Position numbers and translations under genes: made by a program. The notes beneath the pieces are model-generated. The model was not told the origin of the DNA. It saw nothing but the letters and a program-made list of their open reading frames with translations, and did not search any database. Below, one piece after another: positions 55,843 to 64,000 of a DNA stretch of 64,000 bases (the stretch's first letter is position 1; each line of letters opens with the position of its first letter). Where the stretch lies: contig MRSU01004894.1 of assembly GCA_008369845.1 (NCBI GenBank), positions 1 to 64,000 on the forward strand, read 5' to 3'. Source of the stretch: Trichomonas gallinae (lineage: Eukaryota).

Positions 55843-56028
55843 AAAAGAATGAAATTTGAGCGACAATGAGATTATTTGCTTTGTCATATCAATCCAATGT
55901 GAGTATTATATTATTTATTTCGTAATATGAGATTGTTATATTTCATTTTTAAACTAAAAAATTTGAATATGAAAAATGTTGAAGTGGAATGTATATAAAA
56001 CAATTTAGATATCAAACAAATATAAATT

Positions 56029-57819
56029 CTAAAAATCATCTCTCTCGGATGCATCGTTAATTTGCTTCAAATGAGAGAACATTGAAGAATTATCATCTTC
56101 AGCTAGTTCAACACCACTTTGTGATGTAGAATGTGTGTTTTCTGATTCTGTTCGAGAAAGCTCAACATAGTAGTCAACCCCAGATTGAACTCCACTTGGT
56201 CCAGAGAATTCAACATATTCTGCTGATCGTGTTGAAGCTGTTTGCAACTCGGATACTGTCACTAAGTCAATAGTTGAAGCTGTTCCTGCAGTGCTAATCG
56301 ATTTAGAAGTAGCTGTAGATTTATTATCTTCTTCAATGATAGGAAGAATGTCAACATCTGAGCTGTAATAGTTTGGATTGTTCGGATCTGTTGGTGGAAG
56401 AGGCCTGAGAGATCCAGTGTAAGATTCTCTGTCTCCATATTTGGAAGAAGACTTTGGAACAGGTTCTTCGATGTCAATGTTCTGTTTAGATGTCCTAAAT
56501 GTCGCTTTTCTGGTGCTGGGCGTTGATAAACCACTTGAATTTGGTGAATAAATTGATTGTCTTGAAGATGCGGATTTAGACGTTGGAGATGAAATTGTTG
56601 ATGCTGTATTGGACTGACTGACCTCTTTTTGATCAATTTCAGATTGTTTTTCAACAGATGTAAGATTTCTTGATGAAACTGATGCTTGAGCGTTATTATC
56701 TTTGCCATATGAGCCAGTTTCGATGATTTCTGATGATTTTTCTTGTTTTTCGACAACAGAATTATAATTATCTCCCTGAATCTTATTTGGCGAATCAGAT
56801 TCATCAATAGTTGATGAGCCTGTCTGGTATATCTCAATCAGTTGGTCATCTTCCTCAATTGATTCGATAATTTTTCTTTGTTGCTCTTGTGGTGAAGCTT
56901 CTTCAACTTCATCATTATATGTGTTAGCTATGGAGCTTAGCGATTCCAGATCTGAGTCGCTTTCTTTGATTTCTTTTCTATCATCGAATCTGAAAGTTTT
57001 TCGTGAGAATTTCTTCTCTTTCTGGAAGAATGGCTCGAATTCGATGACTTCCAAGTCATTCTTAACGTAAATCTCATCAAGTTTAGATGATTTTTTAGTT
57101 TTGAGCCAATTTGATGATATTCCTGGTTTAGCTTCTTCCTTTGGATAAAGATATGACATATCTACCTGTTCATTTGCTCCGAATGTATCATAATGAACAT
57201 ATCTTCCAGGGATAAATGGCCTCACATCATCATTTGATGATTCTTCTTCATCTTCTGCTCTTGGATCTTTGGCAAGTTCTGGACCAACGAAGCTAGTAAA
57301 TGATTGATCTGTTCTTGGCTCAGCTGTTTCATCAACTTGAGTTTCAATTGGTAAATCATCTGATGATAAACCTGTGTCGATTTCTGAGTTTGAAACAGTT
57401 GTAGAATCGAAAGGTCCCTTTCCTAAGAATCGTGAATTGAGTTTAACATGCTCAGGTTCGTATGTATCTTCGTTAATTTCTGTGAAATTTCGATCTTCAT
57501 AAACTTCTTTGAATGGTTTTCGATCTGATACTGTGTTGACTTTCTTTCTGCGGCGCGTTAATCGAACGTTTGATGGTTTATATTGTTTCTCATCGATTTT
57601 CATTGTCGTTAAGTCGTTGGTTGTCGCTGGAACGAGTGATAAAGTCTCTGTTACCATTGAATTCGTCGGTTGGTTGAGATTAATTGTATTATTCGATTCA
57701 GATGTGTGTGTATGTGCGTGATTATGTGGAATTTCTTGTCCATTGTTATCATATTTCCTTCTTTGAACACGAACACGGACTTTTACTTTTCCATTACTCG
57801 ACTTTTCATTATTCATCAT
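56029..57819 (-). CDS. Hypothetical Ser/Glu/Thr-rich low-complexity (disordered) protein
   Basis: 596-codon ORF; basic N-terminal patch KVKVRVRVQRRK; no domain recognised. Confidence 0.75.
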   Translation of the reverse strand: MMNNEKSSNGKVKVRVRVQRRKYDNNGQEIPHNHAHTHTSESNNTINLNQPTNSMVTETLSLVPATTNDLTTMKIDEKQYKPSNVRLTRRRKKVNTVSDRKPFKEVYEDRNFTEINEDTYEPEHVKLNSRFLGKGPFDSTTVSNSEIDTGLSSDDLPIETQVDETAEPRTDQSFTSFVGPELAKDPRAEDEEESSNDDVRPFIPGRYVHYDTFGANEQVDMSYLYPKEEAKPGISSNWLKTKKSSKLDEIYVKNDLEVIEFEPFFQKEKKFSRKTFRFDDRKEIKESDSDLESLSSIANTYNDEVEEASPQEQQRKIIESIEEDDQLIEIYQTGSSTIDESDSPNKIQGDNYNSVVEKQEKSSEIIETGSYGKDNNAQASVSSRNLTSVEKQSEIDQKEVSQSNTASTISSPTSKSASSRQSIYSPNSSGLSTPSTRKATFRTSKQNIDIEEPVPKSSSKYGDRESYTGSLRPLPPTDPNNPNYYSSDVDILPIIEEDNKSTATSKSISTAGTASTIDLVTVSELQTASTRSAEYVEFSGPSGVQSGVDYYVELSRTESENTHSTSQSGVELAEDDNSSMFSHLKQINDASERDDF

Positions 57820-58099
57820 TTTTTTGCGTTAAAAAATTTTTCAAACGAAAATTTATTTACAAAATTATTAAAATTGAATAATTTACACGACAAAATTTAA
57901 ATATTTGTGATATTTACCAAACAAATTTTAAATTTACTTGTCAAATATTTACATAACAAATTTATTTTACATGACAAATATATTCAAAATTTGTGAAGGT
58001 TACAAAACAAAATTTCATTTTACGTGTCAATTATTTTTTAAAATTTGAGATGTTTACAAAGACAAGAGAATTGAAAGATTTACGAAAACGGTTGTTCAG

Positions 58100-58244
58100 C
58101 CATTTCTGTCTATAACCAGCGGAGTAATGGATGTCCATTTCCCCTTAGAAAGGCAGAGACACATGGGTGTTACAGCGATTAGTAGCTCGTGTTCCTGATC
58201 TCCTAAACCCACCCCAAATACCAAAAGCCCTTTAGAGAACAATT
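58100..58244 (+). ncRNA. Box H/ACA-type pseudouridylation guide snoRNA (two hairpins), predicted LSU rRNA targets
   Basis: Locally GC-rich non-coding island that folds by eye into two stem/pocket/stem hairpins (58103-58159 and 58165-58214); pockets complementary to conserved LSU UCUAG-UA-GCUGGUU and AGGA-UA-GCUG; ACACAU lies 14 nt after pocket 1; boxes are non-canonical and ends uncertain. Confidence 0.7.
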
Positions 58245-58520
58245 TTTATTTTTTCGAATGTGAAATTTTTTAACTGAGTTCAAGCATAAAGTTATTGCAA
58301 TATTGAATACATCCTCAATTCTTACAACTACAAATGCTTTGTGTCTCATTTAGTTATGGTCTCATATAATTATCTTCAAAAATTGGCCAAACCATAATAT
58401 TTAACGGATTTGTTAATATGATATACGTGAAATAAGTCTAAAAATAGTAGTTTGAGTAATATAAGGATATAAACAACAAATTTACATTATGTAAGCCGTA
58501 TAATACAAACATGTGATTAT

Positions 58521-59150
58521 CTAAGCGTACTCTTCGAGAATATGACCTTTTCCTTGGAATTCTTCTTTTCCACGTTTATCGACAACTTTGATTTGGAAGC
58601 CGTCTGGGTATTTGTCCTTGAATTCTGATGGATAGAAACCATCATAGATGTCTCTAAAGAATTGAGCGCTCATCGGAAGATTATATGGCCTTTCTTTTGA
58701 ATCGTTTACTGTAAAATACGTATTGTATAGAGTAATAACGATTGGTTTTTCGAAGTCAGCTTTGAATATGTTGCTTTCACGCTTGATTTGAATTTTTGGA
58801 TTCATTGCAGACCTGTTTAATTGGTCTATCTTTACCATGAATGTATTCATATCATCAGGTCCATGCTCATATGTATTATCTTTAGGCCCAGGACCGCCAA
58901 CCCAGTGTAAATCGTAATCTTCTAGGAATTGTGTCATTTCGTCAAGCTGTTGTTGTAACTGTGCGTTCTTTTCTTGCTCGTCTAGAAGTTCTTGCTCTAA
59001 TTTTGCGATTTCTTCGGATTGTTGCATTGCAATTCTTTCCAATTTTGCATATTGAGCGGCATTGTCGTCTCTTGGAGTCTTATTGACTGGTTTAAGACTT
59101 CCTAAAGGAACTTTCGCTAGCACATTAGCACCTCCTCCCTTGTAACTCAT
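58521..59150 (-). CDS. UBXN11-like coiled-coil + SEP-domain protein without UBX domain
   Basis: EMTQFLEDYDLHWVG; RPY..FFRDIYDGFYPSEF...YPDG..VVDKR; SHP-like FQGKGHIL just before the stop; ATG at 59150. Confidence 0.8.
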   Translation of the reverse strand: MSYKGGGANVLAKVPLGSLKPVNKTPRDDNAAQYAKLERIAMQQSEEIAKLEQELLDEQEKNAQLQQQLDEMTQFLEDYDLHWVGGPGPKDNTYEHGPDDMNTFMVKIDQLNRSAMNPKIQIKRESNIFKADFEKPIVITLYNTYFTVNDSKERPYNLPMSAQFFRDIYDGFYPSEFKDKYPDGFQIKVVDKRGKEEFQGKGHILEEYA

Positions 59151-59491
59151 TAAAATTTTTTGAAATTTATAACGTGCACAAAAAAATTTTTGGATTAGAT
59201 TTAGCAATATTTATGAAATTTACTCAAAAAATCACAAATTTCAATATTTTTGAATCATTAAAAATCAGCCATTAGTAACTATTTTAGCAATAGATTATAA
59301 ATTTATCATCAAAAAAGAAAATTATGTTAATTTCGATTTTTCTCAAAATATTTTTCAGTAATGATAAGTTTAGAGCAGAGTAAATACAAATAATAAAGTA
59401 AAAGATGTATTTTACAAACAGAACAAGGATAAATTCAACAGAATAATAGGGAAATTGAGTATTTTTTGTAAATTTGTAAGTCAAACGTATG

Positions 59492-59923
59492 TTACAACAT
59501 TTGCATGGTTTCATCGATGTTTTTGTTCTCAGCTTGTTTAAGTTGATCGATTATTTTTTGAATGGAATTATTTTTCTGGTTTCTCCAGATTGTTGATGTA
59601 GAAACATGGATTCCAAACTCTTCATTTAAGCGTTCTGTCATACTTTCGAGAGAAATTCCTGAGTCAACATTAAATTCTTCCATTATCCAAGCTAAATGAT
59701 GCTCTTTTAATGTGGAACCTTCCAATTTTTGAGAAATATCGACTTCTTTCTTATTCTGTATCAATAATTCTCCATTTGCTGACTTTTTAAGAATTCGATG
59801 AATTTGTCTTTCGCAGCACGACATTTGTCTTGCAATATCTGTTGCAGAAACTCCATTTTCTTTCTGCCTGATGATTTCAATTATATCTTCAGGGCTGAGT
59901 TTTTTATATTCTTTGCGCTGCAT
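59492..59923 (-). CDS. Two-HTH DNA-binding protein resembling an IS630/Tc1 transposase N-terminus, no DDE domain
   Basis: GVSATDIARQMSCCERQIHRIL (HTH 1); ISLESMTERLNEEFGIHVSTSTIWR (HTH 2); stop shortly after. Confidence 0.7.
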   Translation of the reverse strand: MQRKEYKKLSPEDIIEIIRQKENGVSATDIARQMSCCERQIHRILKKSANGELLIQNKKEVDISQKLEGSTLKEHHLAWIMEEFNVDSGISLESMTERLNEEFGIHVSTSTIWRNQKNNSIQKIIDQLKQAENKNIDETMQML

Positions 59924-60003
59924 TATAATTTCTGACAGATTACAAAATATTTTGACATTTTGACACTTTATTTATCATTATTTTTGATTTTATTTATATT
60001 TAG

Positions 60004-61653
60004 ATGTCTTTAGAAGATCTTGATGTTCCAGCGCTTGAACAATTGCTAGAAAGGCGAAATCACGAACTCAAGACAATAAGAGCTGTCGTTAAACAAAAAA
60101 CAGAAGAAACTAAAAAATATTACGCTTTATGTGGCGAAAATCCAACATTTCCAGTCTTAAAAGATGTTCTTACAACTAAATTAACAAAGTTAGAAACAGA
60201 ATTGACCGAAGCAAAGAAGCGTGTTAAAAATTTGCGAATTCAAAGACAACAACTTAAAGAAACGAAGACAAAAGCAGGGGAAATCAATGAATCAATACAA
60301 GAGTCAACAGAAATGATATCGGAAATTAAACAAAAAATCGCAGCGAAAAATAAAGATATCGATGAACTACAAAAGAAAATAGATGAGAAGTCAGAAATAT
60401 GCAGAAACAAACAAGCAGAAGCAGATAAATTGAAGGCAAAAGTTGATGCAGCACAAAAAAGCTATGATAGGAGTCTTCAAGAATATAATAATTTAGTTGA
60501 ACGCGAGAACAACCTCAAAACTCAACACTCCAACATTCTCCAGGCCATAGATGAGTCGAAGAAGGAAATTGCATCAATTAAAGCCTCGATTTCTCCACAA
60601 GCAGTAAACGAACTCCAGAAAGAAGTCGAAAGTCTACAGATTCAGCTTTCTCAAACTAATGTTGAGACAGCAGAAGTCGTTAAAATCACATCAGTTGATG
60701 AATTAGATCAATCATATAAAACAGAAATAGAAAAAGTTTCAACAACAATACAAAATCTCAAAAGCTCGATACAAAATATCAGAAGAGACATTTCTCAGAA
60801 TGAAAAATCACATGCAATCGAAATTGCTTCGCTTAAATCTCAACTTGATTCACAAAAACGTACAAATGACACAATTAGATCGAATATTGAGGAAATGGAG
60901 CTATCACTACCACAGACTTTAGGCCCAATTAACAGAGAAATTGAACAGTGGCGAAATAAAGTTGATCAAGCAGCGAAAAATTCACATGAAACACAACAAA
61001 AACTTACTGAAGAAAGAGAGAAGAGTGAAGAGAGTCTAAAGGCGTCACAAAAGACACTTATAACACTTCAAGATGAAATTGTTAGATCAAGAGCATTTAC
61101 AGAACAACAGCGACAGAGTATGGCAGCAGTTTCCAAAGAAGTAGACAAACTCAGAGAAAACCTAGAAAAGTCCCAAAAAGAAGTAGAAGCGCTAAAAACA
61201 GAACAATTGAAGTTTGAAAATGATATTAACCAAAACGAAGAGAAAATCAAAGCTGTTAATGAAGAAATATCGAAATTATCTGCAGAACTGACTGAGAAAG
61301 AGAAAACATCTGAAGAAGAACTTCGAGAATTGCGAGAGAAAGTTGTAGAAGCAGAAAAAGAAGCAGCGAAACTGCCTGAATCAGATGTAAATGTTGGAGT
61401 GATGAACGAGAAGGAGCTTAAAGAGAGCTGCAGGTCACTGGAAAGAGATTTACAGGCCAGAGAGTCAAATCTCAGAGAGTTAAGAGAGAAAGCTGCCGAA
61501 TGCAGAAGAACGAGAGACAAATTCGAGGCTGCTTTGAGTCTTATAAGTGAACTTGAGGACGAAGAAAAGGCAATGGTCCAAGAATTGAAGATGATAAGGA
61601 AACAGTTCAGTGAAACATTGACATCCTTAAGAAACCAAAAGAATTCAAAATAG
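60004..61653 (+). CDS. Long coiled-coil protein
   Basis: 549 aa of E/K/Q/L-rich heptads throughout. Confidence 0.85.
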   Translation: MSLEDLDVPALEQLLERRNHELKTIRAVVKQKTEETKKYYALCGENPTFPVLKDVLTTKLTKLETELTEAKKRVKNLRIQRQQLKETKTKAGEINESIQESTEMISEIKQKIAAKNKDIDELQKKIDEKSEICRNKQAEADKLKAKVDAAQKSYDRSLQEYNNLVERENNLKTQHSNILQAIDESKKEIASIKASISPQAVNELQKEVESLQIQLSQTNVETAEVVKITSVDELDQSYKTEIEKVSTTIQNLKSSIQNIRRDISQNEKSHAIEIASLKSQLDSQKRTNDTIRSNIEEMELSLPQTLGPINREIEQWRNKVDQAAKNSHETQQKLTEEREKSEESLKASQKTLITLQDEIVRSRAFTEQQRQSMAAVSKEVDKLRENLEKSQKEVEALKTEQLKFENDINQNEEKIKAVNEEISKLSAELTEKEKTSEEELRELREKVVEAEKEAAKLPESDVNVGVMNEKELKESCRSLERDLQARESNLRELREKAAECRRTRDKFEAALSLISELEDEEKAMVQELKMIRKQFSETLTSLRNQKNSK

Positions 61654-62073
61654 TTTTGATTCCATGATACTGCCACATACCATCTGAATCATATATAAGC
61701 TTATATTTCTAATAATTTTGGACAGATTATATTATTCAGAAGGTCTTAGTGCAATTGTTTGCTATTTGATATCGTTATATTGTTATTTCGTAAGGAACTT
61801 TTGTATTTATATATAAATATGTTTAGTGTAGAAAATATTTTTTCATTAACAAGTTTTTAAATGATAATCAAAATTTAATCATATTTATTCAACTTACTGA
61901 AACATTATACTGATGAATATCAATAACAAATAAGAAAAATTCAACATATTTTCAATTTTGAAATTTAATTTAAAGTTATAATCTGAAATGAATGCAACTA
62001 GTCATATTATGTATAGTGAGGATTAATATCAAAGAGAGGATAGTAATTAGTAATATTTAATTTTATTCTAACA

Positions 62074-62421
62074 TTATTTTTCTTTCTCTGATTGAACTGG
62101 TGTTGTATCATTCTCTTCAATCTCTAAAAGCTCATCAGAATCATCTTCATTCTTCTCATCTTCGTCTTCAAAAGGATGTTTAATGCGATAAACCAGAGAA
62201 ATTGAGCTGAGTACGCAAATAATGAAATAAATGATAACATTGATCCATAATGTTCTTGCATTTTCTGCATCTGTGTTTTCAAGCTCACCAATATTTCCCT
62301 GTTTGTGAATTCCGAATAAAATAGCCAAAATACCAAGCATTAAGATGGCCCAGATGGAGATAACGATGTAGCAGACAGAGCAGCCAACACTTGTGTAACA
62401 CTTAACACAGCAATTCGTCAT
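62074..62421 (-). CDS. RNASEK / V-ATPase subunit f-like two-TM protein
   Basis: CSVCYIVISIWAILMLGILAILF..H parallels the RNASEK pattern C.IVLS.W..IML.MLG.FF..H as I recall it; second TM WINVIIYFIICVLS; acidic tail. Confidence 0.6.
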   Translation of the reverse strand: MTNCCVKCYTSVGCSVCYIVISIWAILMLGILAILFGIHKQGNIGELENTDAENARTLWINVIIYFIICVLSSISLVYRIKHPFEDEDEKNEDDSDELLEIEENDTTPVQSEKEK

Positions 62422-62949
62422 TTTTGTTTATTTTATAAATCAACCAAAAAACAACTCAATTTTTGATACCCTAAATTTTATTTACATGGCAGATTCTATA
62501 CACAAATTATTCGATTTTCATATTATATATCATATTTAAATCAAATTTCACATTTAATTTTTGATTTGACACTTGATGAAAAGTAAACTTTACAAGCAAA
62601 AAATAATTTTAATTGATATTATGAAATTAAATCAAAACTAAACTTTGTTTTTGATGAAATAAATTTTGAAAAATCTGACAAAATGTCAATTTATTATCAT
62701 CAAAGGTTCATTCATCTAAGCATAATTATAGCTTTATTTCTTGGTATATAGAATAAATGCAAAAGGATTTTGTTCAACTCCTACTGTTTCAATTATTCAA
62801 TATTTTGAAATTCTTTTTTTGAGATTTTTGGAATGAATATTTTATGCATGTTATATTTTAGCAATATATTGGCAATAAACGAATTAGCCAATTTAATATG
62901 TCGTAAAAACTGAAACAAATTATTAATAAAACACACATACATATAAACT

Positions 62950-63999
62950 TTATAAAACAATTGCTGGCTTCCTCTTAACGGGAGAGCCCATGCTGGATAT
63001 AGTCCTACCAGCAGTATTGAGCCTGGACTGAGTTTTCGATGAAGATTGTGATGGCGGAAGATTTCTCTTAGCTTTTAGCGACATCGTCGGCCCAGACTTA
63101 GTAGGAGCAACTTGCACAGAGTCAGGATTAAACGATCTGTCGATTCTCATCAAGAAATCCTGTTGCACGCCATATATAGAGCCTTGTCTCACGCATCTCA
63201 CCCATCCTATTGCTTCTTTTGGATGGAAACCGAACCTGCGGATGAGCCAGGCTGCTGCGAACATCGGACCACGGCCTAGGCCATTCAGTGAGCATATAGC
63301 AACCGCGTGTCCTTCATCACATAAGTCGCAGAATTTGATAACTTCCGCAATAGATGGGAGAGAATCCTGCGGAGTATCGAGTGTTAGATGCTCTATGCCA
63401 ACACGAGTCAGATCCTCGGCACCACGAAGCTCTGTGGTGAAGGAAACAACAGTATAAATATGCCACTTCCTGAATAATGGAAGCATATCAAAAAGAAGTG
63501 GAGAATCTGCTGTTCCTGGTGCAGAGAGAACCAGTAAACGCTCAGGAACGATCCATGTCATGAATCCATTTTCTGGTTGCATATAAAAGTTGTAAATATC
63601 GGAATCAAACGCCGTATGAGTATACCAACCTAGTTTTGCACCCTTTATGAAGCCATTTAAAGCATCAGATAAAGAGATTGTAAACGGAGAAGCTGTTGCA
63701 TCCTCAAAGTCTTCAATTGGAGGATAAACGTCCTTGAATATTGATATAGGGTCGTTGTAGTCTGGCATTTTGCGTGGCTTTGGCTTCCCCCACTTTGCAA
63801 CGTATTGTTGATTATTTTGTTGCCCTAAAAAGCTGTTTATGAAGTCTCTTTCTAAAAGGATCATAGCGCATATCAAAAACATGCAGTTTACGCGAGATTC
63901 TGCAGCTAATGATACGCAAATATGAATTTGTTTGTTAATTTTCGTTAATTTGTCTTTAATGACTTTAATAAACTCTGTTATTTGGTGTAGTGAAGGTGG
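62950..63999 (-). CDS. Cdc14-like dual-specificity phosphatase homolog, catalytic Cys to Ser; 5'-truncated by the window edge
   Basis: Frame stays open to the edge (PPSLHQITEF..SRVNCMFLI); FEDA, ENG.MTWIVP, EAIGWVRCVRQGSIYG.QQ.FL; signature reads CSLNGLGRG versus HCKAGLGRT. Confidence 0.85.
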   Translation of the reverse strand, partial: PPSLHQITEFIKVIKDKLTKINKQIHICVSLAAESRVNCMFLICAMILLERDFINSFLGQQNNQQYVAKWGKPKPRKMPDYNDPISIFKDVYPPIEDFEDATASPFTISLSDALNGFIKGAKLGWYTHTAFDSDIYNFYMQPENGFMTWIVPERLLVLSAPGTADSPLLFDMLPLFRKWHIYTVVSFTTELRGAEDLTRVGIEHLTLDTPQDSLPSIAEVIKFCDLCDEGHAVAICSLNGLGRGPMFAAAWLIRRFGFHPKEAIGWVRCVRQGSIYGVQQDFLMRIDRSFNPDSVQVAPTKSGPTMSLKAKRNLPPSQSSSKTQSRLNTAGRTISSMGSPVKRKPAIVL

Positions 64000-64000
64000 A

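Noticed and set aside
58184..58198. AGCTCGTGTTC followed by CTGA as a C/D-box guide to LSU GAACRUGAGCU
   Set aside because: No credible box C (RUGAUGA); the CTGA is paired in the hairpin-2 upper stem; the duplex needs wobbles around the D+5 position
58202..58210. CCTAAACCC as a telomerase RNA template for TTTAGG(G), preceded by a boundary-like stem
   Set aside because: The same bases form the right pocket and lower stem of the H/ACA model, which explains both hairpins; no downstream pseudoknot; the telomere repeat of this organism cannot be determined from the window

Overview
This is AT-rich eukaryotic DNA with compact, apparently intron-less genes. The gene families (expanded kinases, R2R3 Myb, M60-like, ankyrin) and the Inr (TCAYW) and AAAGTGAC-type core-promoter words point to a trichomonad parabasalid (Trichomonas-like); this is inference and the species cannot be determined. 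About 31 protein genes are supportable: WNK, CAMK and CRIB-STE20 kinases, an atypical Rab, a membrane-anchored C26 hydrolase, a fused dihydropyrimidine dehydrogenase, PITP, Myb, MORN1-like, Rad23-like, TRM1, ERGIC3/Erv46, WDR93-like, a PDI-like protein, RasGEF, a bromodomain protein, SEY1, UBXN11-like, RNASEK-like and a Cdc14-like gene running off the right edge. There is also a shattered DUF4838 surface-protein pseudogene and an ankyrin relic. The most notable signals not explained by the ORF track are: (1) a two-hairpin H/ACA-type guide RNA at ~58.1-58.2 kb whose pockets match two neighbouring conserved LSU rRNA uridines; (2) a recurrent TTTACAYGWCA word clustered in promoters; (3) three back-to-back perfect 8-bp hairpins at 10.18-10.26 kb; (4) a membrane protein with PSAP and PPxY late-domain motifs; (5) four intact genes whose catalytic motifs are lost (M60, CDP-alcohol transferase, DUF3887 hydrolase, Cdc14). 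No intact transposon, rRNA, tRNA or CRISPR was seen. All family calls come from motif recognition by eye, not database searches.
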